Below, in pieces: positions 37,497 to 44,305 of a DNA stretch of 44,305 bases. Positions within the stretch are counted from its first letter, which is position 1, and each line of letters opens with the position of its first letter. The position numbers were made by a program, and so were the translations under genes. The notes under the pieces are model-generated. The model saw only the letters and a list, made by a program, of their open reading frames with translations, had not been told where the DNA came from and made no database searches. Location of the stretch: positions 1-44,305 of IMG/VR virus record IMGVR_UViG_3300005542_000062, one strand, 5' to 3'. Origin of the DNA: a virus. Its lineage: Duplodnaviria; Caudoviricetes.

Positions 37497-37663
37497 TACC
37501 GTCTCCGATTAAGAGATTTAGCGAATGAGCTTCGTTTCTTTTTCGGTGTCTTATCGATGAACTCCTTGGCTACTTCCTTTGATGGACCTCCAAGTCCTTT
37601 GGGGCGCTTCCCATGAGCAATCGCTTGCATCAAACCGTATTGAGCAGGGGATTTAGCTGGCAT
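37496..37663 (-). CDS. small basic phage protein (MPAKS.AQ..LM type, 55 aa)
   Basis: Read manually: MPAKSPAQYGLMQAIAHG..PSKEVAKEF. GGAG RBS and TAATG coupling. Confidence 0.7.
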   Translation of the reverse strand: MPAKSPAQYGLMQAIAHGKRPKGLGGPSKEVAKEFIDKTPKKKRSSFAKSLNRRR

Positions 37664-38069
37664 TTTCTTGCTCCGAAACTCGTCTGTTCTTTTCGAGAAT
37701 TGATCTCTCCGTCTGATCGACTTGAGTTTTAACTTCGAGGCGCGATCGATCCTGTTTCTCCAACATGAACTTTCTTCTAGTCCAAGGGATTCGAGTAAAC
37801 GGTAGAGGTTTTAATTCTCTATCGTCTTGAGGAGCTTGCTTTTCGGGTTCAGGAAAGAGCTTGTCCTGATAAAACTTTCGATCTTCCTTGTAGTCCTGCA
37901 ATTGAGACTTGAGAGATTCGGCTTCGGCAATCTTTGCTGAGAGGATCATTTGAGTTGATTCCATGACTTTACTCATCTGTTCAGTAAATGCTTTTTGAGT
38001 AGACTGCAAGCTCTTGTTATACTCCGCAAGAGTAATTCCGCCGAGAGCTTTGATGAGAAAGCTTATCAT
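37653..38069 (-). CDS. coiled-coil hypothetical protein
   Basis: ATGA coupling to terL. Confidence 0.6.
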   Translation of the reverse strand: MISFLIKALGGITLAEYNKSLQSTQKAFTEQMSKVMESTQMILSAKIAEAESLKSQLQDYKEDRKFYQDKLFPEPEKQAPQDDRELKPLPFTRIPWTRRKFMLEKQDRSRLEVKTQVDQTERSILEKNRRVSEQENAS

Positions 38070-39682
38070 CGAATTCTCCCACGATGAAAACGTTTTACCG
38101 CGAAAGAAGTCTTTCTTTGTTCAGACTCAAGACGTTCCATTTGACGGTAGTAAGTTGTCTGATCTCCATTTGTTTCAACAGCTCTGACTGCTTCGGCGAT
38201 TTTAGAACGTCGATCGTTACCACTTCTCAGTTCGCCGAGTAAATCATCCGCGTCCATTACTAGGTAACGAACACAGTCATAGGGATCGTCTCCGTCGAAT
38301 TCTTGAACGTCTTCTGAGAGTTTGTTAGTTCGAGAGTTATTGGGACCGTAGATACAAAGTGGAATTGTCTCGACTAGAACTGGGGCGCGCCCCCGAAGTA
38401 TCTGAAGTTTTGGAAGATTAGCTTCAGGTTCCTCCGGCTCGAAAGACTTTAGATAAGCTTTGTAAACCTCGAAGCCCTGTTGACGCATTATTCGAGCGGC
38501 TTCTTCGGGATCGTACTCGGATTTGGGAATTATTGACTTCGGCTTGGGCGCCCAGCGAATGAATTCTTCAAGAGTAATCTTTCCCTGAATTCGATCGTTC
38601 TGAGCTTGACTCGCTTCAATGCCGGAATACTTCTTGAACTTCTCGGCTATGACAAGCTCATCTTCTCCTCGATCTTGCCATGCCGACCGACATAGGGACA
38701 CTTTTCGATAAGACTCGCCCTGCGAGAGAGCACCAATCTCAGAAGCCCATTCGACCACACGGCGCCCCTTTTGAGCATACTCTTGATAAATATAGAGACG
38801 ATCCTCAGGGGATAGAGCACCCCAGAGAGCAACAGTAAAAGCGCGAGTCCCCCAATCAATTGCAAGGATTCTAAGCCACCACTGCGGGATGTCGAATGGT
38901 TCGATGACGTGGATTGCATTTTCTGGTTCTCCTGGGATGTGATTCTCTCTAAAGTCTGAAAAAACTTGACCTTCAAAAGTGTACCAATCGCCGTCGAGTT
39001 TGGCACGCCTCTCAGCTTCAGGAAGGCCCATCAGACGGTTGATATAGTTCTTGTCGATATAAGGATTGTCCGTCGCGAGGCATTGAATGAAGATTCGCTT
39101 TAGAGTTGTTATCTTGTCGCGAATTATCGTTCCCCAAGGAGCAGGAGAAACAAATCGAGATCTAACCCACTTATGACCAATATTTCCTGGGTTAGTTCCA
39201 GAACGGACTATAACAGGTATGTTGGAAGATACTTTTGATCGCATCCTTGAGTGAACGAAGTAGGTGTATTGGAACTCGGTAAACGAAGTGAGTTCATCAA
39301 ACGCACCATATTGATACTCACTCGTATCGTATTTCCGGATATCGTTTTCGTGCTCACAATGTCCGAATTGGATGATTGCTCCTGAAGAAAAGTTCCAGCG
39401 ACGACGCTCCTCGTTGTAGGTACCTCCAAAATGAGGATACCAGTCCTTTGATCGAAGGATAATTTCAGATTCGAGTTCGGGGTAAGTACGACGAAAGATG
39501 ATTCCTTTAAAGTACGGCTCTTTGTGGAATCCCCTAACAACGGGAAGCATGACGAGTTCGTCTGATTTTCCTCCACCGGCCGCACCTCCGTACATCGCTT
39601 CAAAGATAGAATCAGGGAGAGAGCTGAATAGCTCCTGTTTAGGATGCGGTTTCCAGACTTTCTGAATCAAAGTCGGAGTCAT
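38066..39682 (-). CDS. terL: terminase large subunit
   Basis: PHPKQ, YGGAAGGGKS (Walker A), FDEL (Walker B), GTNPG, AIDWG and DDPYDCVRY (RNase H-like). Confidence 0.95.
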   Translation of the reverse strand: MTPTLIQKVWKPHPKQELFSSLPDSIFEAMYGGAAGGGKSDELVMLPVVRGFHKEPYFKGIIFRRTYPELESEIILRSKDWYPHFGGTYNEERRRWNFSSGAIIQFGHCEHENDIRKYDTSEYQYGAFDELTSFTEFQYTYFVHSRMRSKVSSNIPVIVRSGTNPGNIGHKWVRSRFVSPAPWGTIIRDKITTLKRIFIQCLATDNPYIDKNYINRLMGLPEAERRAKLDGDWYTFEGQVFSDFRENHIPGEPENAIHVIEPFDIPQWWLRILAIDWGTRAFTVALWGALSPEDRLYIYQEYAQKGRRVVEWASEIGALSQGESYRKVSLCRSAWQDRGEDELVIAEKFKKYSGIEASQAQNDRIQGKITLEEFIRWAPKPKSIIPKSEYDPEEAARIMRQQGFEVYKAYLKSFEPEEPEANLPKLQILRGRAPVLVETIPLCIYGPNNSRTNKLSEDVQEFDGDDPYDCVRYLVMDADDLLGELRSGNDRRSKIAEAVRAVETNGDQTTYYRQMERLESEQRKTSFAVKRFHRGRIR

Positions 39683-39691
39683 TAATTCCTT

Positions 39692-40051
39692 TTATAAACC
39701 TAGTGTTTGAACTCCGATTACCGCGCCAATATTCACGATTGCCGTCTCAGTATTGTTCTGAGCATTCGCACAACCTAAAGAAAGAGCGGCTTGTTGAGCA
39801 ACATTCAAATTGATCGATGTATTGATGTCTGCTCCAGGAAAAGATACCGTTATCGTGTTATTGTTGATGGTTAAATTCCCGAGAATTGCCGGAGACATTG
39901 GTGCGGCTTTCGAGATAAGTTGACAAATCCCTGTGATGATTTTATTGACGAGATCAAAAGTTAAAGAGATTACCTCAAAAGTGTCGTAAGAAATCCCAGA
40001 GACACCACCGAGATCAGTCGTCGACAACCAAGGAGCCGTCAAAGTAATCAA
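39692..40051 (-). CDS. hypothetical protein
   Basis: TTG start overlapping the upstream TGA. Confidence 0.5.
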   Translation of the reverse strand: MITLTAPWLSTTDLGGVSGISYDTFEVISLTFDLVNKIITGICQLISKAAPMSPAILGNLTINNNTITVSFPGADINTSINLNVAQQAALSLGCANAQNNTETAIVNIGAVIGVQTLGL

Positions 40052-40674
40052 GGGTTTACTTCCTCCCAAGTCATTGACGCAAAACCAGCAGCCGCGGCCG
40101 ATGCTTGAAGAGTAACGTGACCACCGGGATAGATCAAAAGCGCTCCTGCTATTTCGTCCCTCAAAGTTGGAGGAGTAATAGAGGAAGCGGCAACAACTGA
40201 TCCTAAGATACGCCCGACTATCGGAACTGCCGCAAGCGTCGCGGCCGTATAAACTTTGGCCGCACTATTTGCGTAGTTGGAACCAATTAAAGAGTTAGGC
40301 CAAGGAGTTGACAATTGAGTTAGTCCAGTTGGAGCAGCTTGTCCGGAAGTTCCAGGGACCGCGAGGAAAACAACGGCCGCCGCAGCAGGAGGAGCAGAGA
40401 AGGCAAAAACAAAGTCGATGAGAACAAGATTGACTTTAGAACCGATGGGATTGTAGAGGGTCCAGACTGAGGTTGCAGAAAGGCCCGCGCCAAGAGTCAA
40501 AGCAGCTTGTGACGCGGCCGTGAAGACATTGCCACGAGAAACCGCCTCTTGATATCGGGCATGAGCGTCTGCAACACACCACTCACTCGTCCTACCCATC
40601 CTTGGAGTATTATGACTTCCGTCAGAAGCAATTTGCGGTCCTACTTGACCCTCTAATAGAACATCTTGACTCAT
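40048..40674 (-). CDS. putative virion structural protein (Ala-rich, ends WEE)
   Basis: GAGGT RBS before ATG 40674. Confidence 0.6.
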   Translation of the reverse strand: MSQDVLLEGQVGPQIASDGSHNTPRMGRTSEWCVADAHARYQEAVSRGNVFTAASQAALTLGAGLSATSVWTLYNPIGSKVNLVLIDFVFAFSAPPAAAAVVFLAVPGTSGQAAPTGLTQLSTPWPNSLIGSNYANSAAKVYTAATLAAVPIVGRILGSVVAASSITPPTLRDEIAGALLIYPGGHVTLQASAAAAGFASMTWEEVNP

Positions 40675-40676
40675 AA

Positions 40677-40799
40677 TTACCTCAAATAGTGAATCAGAAC
40701 CAAAGTTGCCGAGATCAAGATACAACCGAAATGTCGATCGAGAAACTGAACGACCGAATTTCGATCATCTTTCTTTACAGGCTCATGAACTATGAGCAT
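40677..40799 (-). CDS. small membrane protein (40 aa)
   Basis: Read manually. TAATG coupling and hydrophobic C-terminus. Confidence 0.45.
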   Translation of the reverse strand: MLIVHEPVKKDDRNSVVQFLDRHFGCILISATLVLIHYLR

Positions 40800-41116
40800 T
40801 ACGGAGCCTCGTAGTTTCCTTTGATTGAAACTCCTTGAACCGTCGCGGCTATTGAAATTCCGCCGATCATTGGAATTCCAGCTTCAGAGTCGATAGCTAT
40901 TGATGCCTCTGGAATTAAGGTTTTGGAAACTAAAATTGTTGGGACAAGATCTTTATCTTGAACTGTAACTTTTGAAGATTGACTAGGATTGTTATTGATA
41001 ATGTACATCTCTCGAAGACGAACTTCAGAACTAACTATGTCAGTCAAAGCAAGTGGTACTTGCTGACTAAAGTCAGTTAGCTCTTTGTTCATTCGGGAAA
41101 CGACCCTAGAGTACAT
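40799..41116 (-). CDS. small beta-sandwich hypothetical protein
   Basis: 105 aa ORF. Confidence 0.55.
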   Translation of the reverse strand: MYSRVVSRMNKELTDFSQQVPLALTDIVSSEVRLREMYIINNNPSQSSKVTVQDKDLVPTILVSKTLIPEASIAIDSEAGIPMIGGISIAATVQGVSIKGNYEAP

Positions 41117-41127
41117 GAAAATTGGTA

Positions 41128-41207
41128 GAGGGCTTTAGAGCTGATCCCGACGGAGTTAGTCGAAGTCAGGAGGCAACGACTGACGCGCGCCACAGCTCGC
41201 GGCCCTC
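41128..41207. ncRNA. candidate structured RNA with possible pseudoknot
   Basis: GAGGGC/GCCCTC, GAGCTG/CAGCTC and GTTAGTCG/CGACTGAC stems. Loop GTCAGGA is near-complementary to TCCCGAC. Confidence 0.45.
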
Positions 41208-41211
41208 GTGA

Positions 41212-41355
41212 TTAGTAATTGGGACTATGCTTCATGTCGGCCGCGATGCCGTAAGGTGGGAGATGATCCCCATCTTTTCCATGAGCGACGCGCCCGACTG
41301 GTTTCTGTTTCTTTTTTCCTTTTTTCTGAAATGGAAAGCTCTTCTTTTTGGGCAC
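41212..41355 (-). CDS. small Lys-rich protein (47 aa)
   Basis: Read manually. GAGGAG RBS, GTG start, PKKKSFPFQKKGKKKQK. Confidence 0.55.
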   Translation of the reverse strand: MPKKKSFPFQKKGKKKQKPVGRVAHGKDGDHLPPYGIAADMKHSPNY

Positions 41356-41363
41356 TTTTCTCC

Positions 41364-41597
41364 TCAATTCGCGGCGTTGTGGGCTGCGACCGCAGTGCTA
41401 ACTGCGCTCTGGACGATTGCCTTGTGCTCCTCCGTCATCCCTGGAGTCGAGTTCAGATGCGCGGCTATTTGCGGCGCGACCGACGTCGGAACTCCTTGAT
41501 GATGGAAAAGAGAAAAGATCTGAGTAAAAACCTGAAGGGCAAAGACCACTAAAGCTTCAATGCCCGTGACTGAGTTCAGCGGTGGTTGTGGTGTCAT
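41364..41597 (-). CDS. small membrane protein (holin candidate)
   Basis: One hydrophobic segment, IEALVVFALQVFTQIFSLF. Confidence 0.5.
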   Translation of the reverse strand: MTPQPPLNSVTGIEALVVFALQVFTQIFSLFHHQGVPTSVAPQIAAHLNSTPGMTEEHKAIVQSAVSTAVAAHNAAN

Positions 41598-41598
41598 G

Positions 41599-41970
41599 TT
41601 AAAATGCTCCTCCTATCGCGGCCGCCCCATTGACCGCGGCGGTCACGTTAACTGGTAAAGTCATACCATTGATAATGACGGTTAATGCTTGCCCGTTGAA
41701 ATTGTATTGAAAAGTGTAGGCCGTTCCAGAAGAAGTAAAAGGGATATTAAAACTCGGGATTGTCACTGGACCTAGACTGCAGCTGACAGAAATGTTTACT
41801 GCCGGTACCGCGTCGCCGGTTATTGTGCATTTGACTTGAGAAGAAGTAGCAGATCCTGAGGTTACTGTTAGAGTGGCCGGTTTCGCGGCCGTAGGCGGGA
41901 CTGGAGGAGTGTAGGTAACTTGGGCTAGAAGAGAAAGAGGCAGAAGAAGTATAAAAACTAACTTTCTCAT
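41599..41970 (-). CDS. secreted beta-rich protein
   Basis: Signal peptide MRKLVFILLLPLSLLA-Q, a Cys pair and GAGGA RBS. Confidence 0.7.
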   Translation of the reverse strand: MRKLVFILLLPLSLLAQVTYTPPVPPTAAKPATLTVTSGSATSSQVKCTITGDAVPAVNISVSCSLGPVTIPSFNIPFTSSGTAYTFQYNFNGQALTVIINGMTLPVNVTAAVNGAAAIGGAF

Positions 41971-41990
41971 AAAATCCTCATGCTTTTTCC

Positions 41991-42509
41991 TCAGACGTCG
42001 ACAACTTTAAAAGAAGCCTCTTTTCTTAATTCAGGAGTATAGACAACAACCTGAATATTAGTGTCGGCTTTGTCTTTGGGAAGAGTAGCTTCGACGACCT
42101 TCGCCATTCCCGCAGCGATCTTAGAAAGCCCAGACGCAGATTCTTTCTTGAGCTTCTCGCGGTCGATGAGACCCAAAGATTCCATCAAAGTGTCGAGAGC
42201 TTTGTCCTGAACTTGAGAGAGACGCTCTCGAATTGAGTCTTCGTCTAAAGACTTGGCTTCGCCCCGCTCTAATTGAGAAACTCTGGCTTGAGTAGTGTTG
42301 AATTCTCGGGCCAGCGGCCCTTGACGTTCTCCAAGACGGGATCTGAAAGCAATTTCGTTGGTTTGCAGGGGAGTTAAGTTCGGGACGTCGACTTTACGGC
42401 CCGGTCTACGAATGGGGATGGTTTTGGCGTCGGAATGCTTGGAGAAACGGTTAGCGAGATTGTCTGGAGAAGAAAGCCTTTTCTCGGCTTCTTCACTGGA
42501 CAGTAGCAT
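41991..42509 (-). CDS. HTH protein, putative terminase small subunit
   Basis: QGPLAREFNTTQARVSQL HTH, a helical core and a C-terminal beta strand. Lies early in the late arm. Confidence 0.55.
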   Translation of the reverse strand: MLLSSEEAEKRLSSPDNLANRFSKHSDAKTIPIRRPGRKVDVPNLTPLQTNEIAFRSRLGERQGPLAREFNTTQARVSQLERGEAKSLDEDSIRERLSQVQDKALDTLMESLGLIDREKLKKESASGLSKIAAGMAKVVEATLPKDKADTNIQVVVYTPELRKEASFKVVDV

Positions 42510-42780
42510 CTTTGTTTATTTCCACTACTTTAGCGACTTCTTCTTGCTTGACTTCTTCTTTCATTTGCGCGGCCGTTTTGAGAAATTCCGTCAAGAAGTT
42601 GATCTCGGCAGCGATAGGAGACGGGCTCGCTTTGATTTCATCGAGCTTCTGTTGCGCGTCGAAAAGAACGTCTTCAAACGTCGCTCCCGGATTAGTTGGG
42701 ACTCCTGCTGCAAGAGTATTTGATAAATCGAGCCTTACTTGACCAGTCCGCTTTCCACTGATAAGCATTGAACCCAACAT
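42493..42780 (-). CDS. hypothetical protein (first gene of the late operon)
   Basis: AAGGAGA RBS before ATG 42780. Confidence 0.6.
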   Translation of the reverse strand: MLGSMLISGKRTGQVRLDLSNTLAAGVPTNPGATFEDVLFDAQQKLDEIKASPSPIAAEINFLTEFLKTAAQMKEEVKQEEVAKVVEINKDATVQ

Positions 42781-42810
42781 TACAAATCTCCTTGATTGTA
42801 TGGTAGCATA

Positions 42811-42929
42811 GCGGCTTCTGGGAGGCAAGAGCTAGAATACACATTTAAAATACCCGGCGCTGGCATTCTTGTAAGCTAGGTTCGATCGAAGGCAGCTTAC
42901 TGGTGCGCGAAGCCCAGCAGCCAAGCCGC
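42811..42929 (-). promoter_or_regulatory. structured leader upstream of the late operon
   Basis: Nested stems GCGGCTT/AAGCCGC, CTGGG/CCCAG and GTAAGCT/AGCTTAC around the TTCGATCGAA palindrome. Confidence 0.45.
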
Positions 42930-43205
42930 AAGGCCCTTAAAAGCTTTCATTTCAGAAGTGAGCTGAAAGGTTTAAATACTGACAAAAAGAGAATCTTATC
43001 AGAAAACCTTTCGGGGAATGAAAGGTTAATGAAATCTTTTGTTTTTTGTAAAATTGCTTTTTGTCAAGCCACCCTCGCTGACGCTCGGGTGGGGCGTCGA
43101 ATGTATCTGGGACTCCTACGAGGAGGGGGTGGGGGGTGTTGATAAAAAGATCTTAAACTCTTAAACTCTTAAGATATTAATACTCTTTTGTCTTAAATCT
43201 TTGCC

Positions 43206-43245
43206 AAAAAAGAGTTTCAGGTTTTTAAGCCTGAAACTCTTCTTA
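43206..43245. terminator. 12-bp hairpin, probable (bidirectional) terminator
   Basis: AAGAGTTTCAGG/CCTGAAACTCTT flanked by A- and T-runs. Confidence 0.6.
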
Positions 43246-43406
43246 TCAGGTTAGCGCCACGACCTGGGAACGCCGTAGATCACGCGCGCTCGAATACCGC
43301 GCGAGCGGAAACTATGCCGACGAGCGCGTGCGAGCAAATAAGCTGCGAATGGGTCGAATGGCATAACCGAGAGGGCCGTCTTGAAAATCTCCAAGACCAG
43401 AGTACC

Positions 43407-43445
43407 AAAAAAGAAAAGCCCGGGAATCAGGAGATCCCCGGGCTT
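43407..43445 (-). terminator. intrinsic terminator after 43465-43947
   Basis: AAGCCCGGG/CCCGGGCTT stem followed by TTTTCTTTTTT on the minus strand. Confidence 0.8.
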
Positions 43446-43464
43446 AAGTACTACTAACTTTCGA

Positions 43465-43947
43465 CTACGCGGTCGCGGCTGCCGGAGTTTCAGCGGGAGT
43501 TTCGTCCATTCCCAGCATAGCCACGGCGATTTTACGCGCAGCTTGCTCGGTAACGGGCTTCCCTGCGGCCGCACGAGCTTTAACAATGTCCGCCACAAGC
43601 TTGTTGATCGCCTTGTCGGGACCTTCAAGCTTCGCCATCAGAGTCGAGCGAACATCCGAACGGGCATTCAGGTTTAGCCCGTAGTTGAGCGAACGGAGAA
43701 AATCGGACACGCGGGCCTTGAGAACATCGGCAGCGCTTTTTGTAACTTTGCCGTCGGTCACTTCGTCGGCGGGCGCGCTTACCAACACCGTTCCATCGGT
43801 CAGTTTGATTTCACTGCCCGACAGAAACGTCAAAACGTCGTCCGAATTCTCGAATTCCAAGTACGTAACGGGCGATTTCTCGGATTTTTCCGCGCCCGTC
43901 ATGCCGTCTTTGGTGGTGGCTTCCACCGTTCCGGTAATTTGCTTCAT
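43465..43947 (-). CDS. hypothetical protein in its own transcription unit
   Basis: 160 aa with its own promoter, AAGG RBS and terminator. Confidence 0.75.
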   Translation of the reverse strand: MKQITGTVEATTKDGMTGAEKSEKSPVTYLEFENSDDVLTFLSGSEIKLTDGTVLVSAPADEVTDGKVTKSAADVLKARVSDFLRSLNYGLNLNARSDVRSTLMAKLEGPDKAINKLVADIVKARAAAGKPVTEQAARKIAVAMLGMDETPAETPAAATA

Positions 43948-44011
43948 GTTCGTAACCTTTCAATTGCCTGTTGAAAGCTTAGCAGGCTGCTTAAGTTTTC
44001 TACCTGAACCC

Positions 44012-44040
44012 AGTATAAGCGAAGCTCGCCTGAAAGTCAA
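44012..44040 (-). promoter_or_regulatory. sigma70-type promoter
   Basis: TTGACT (44040-44035), 17 bp spacer, TATACT (44017-44012). Confidence 0.8.
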
Positions 44041-44259
44041 GAGAAAAGATGTGAAAAACGCAGAAATGCAGGCTGAAAACCCTGCCAAAAACCCGGGCCT
44101 TCCCTGATCCTTCCCTGGAACGAACAGCCTGTACAAAACTCGTAACAGCTTTATTTTTAAGGTTTTACGGCTAAAAAGCGTTACACTGGGTATATATCAT
44201 TTTTCGGGTGGCCTAGTTCCGAACTATGTAAAACTTATATAGTGCCGCAAAAAAGTAAA

Positions 44260-44305
<46 letters not shown>

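Noticed and set aside
43039-43067. Minus-strand sigma70 late promoter at TTGACA (43067-43062)
   Set aside because: There is no acceptable -10 hexamer at 16-18 bp spacing.
43251-43628. 125-aa minus-strand ORF
   Set aside because: It overlaps 43465-43947 out of frame and crosses its terminator. At most a 37-aa Arg-rich ORF (43251-43364) with a weak RBS is possible.
200-43947. Stop-codon reassignment, introns/inteins, or an integrase/lysogeny module
   Set aside because: Genes are intact and tightly packed in the standard code. TerL, PolA and the helicase have no intein-sized inserts, and no recombinase motifs were seen.

Overview
The window looks like an essentially complete ~44.3 kb tailed dsDNA phage genome of podovirus type, with portal, scaffold, capsid, adaptor, nozzle and ejection proteins but no tape measure or sheath. 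It has two convergent arms. The + arm (200-18369) holds early and replication genes: SNF2 helicase, J-domain, vWA, Cas4-like nuclease, GH-A-like hydrolase, Sak4-like ATPase, SSB-like protein, ParB-like/DNA methylase, UDG-fused PolA, DUF5664-like dNTP pyrophosphohydrolase and DUF3987-like helicase. The - arm (43947-18323) holds packaging and virion genes. Each arm begins at a near-consensus sigma70 promoter close to an end, and both ends run into poly(dA) on the same strand. No integrase, primase, standard endolysin, long tail fibre, tRNA or CRISPR array was recognised. The most notable observations are: (1) a PurD-like ATP-grasp ligase coupled into the head-assembly operon next to genes for Sec-exported beta-rich proteins; (2) strong genome-wide over-representation of GC palindromes (CGGCCG, GCGGCCGC, GGCGCGCC); (3) a UDG-PolA with His at the Pol I 762 position beside a dNTP pyrophosphohydrolase, which together hint at an uncharacterised DNA or virion modification system; (4) a poly(dA) junction with mirror-symmetric flanks; (5) several structured intergenic RNA candidates. 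All calls come from reading motifs by eye, and no database searches were run.
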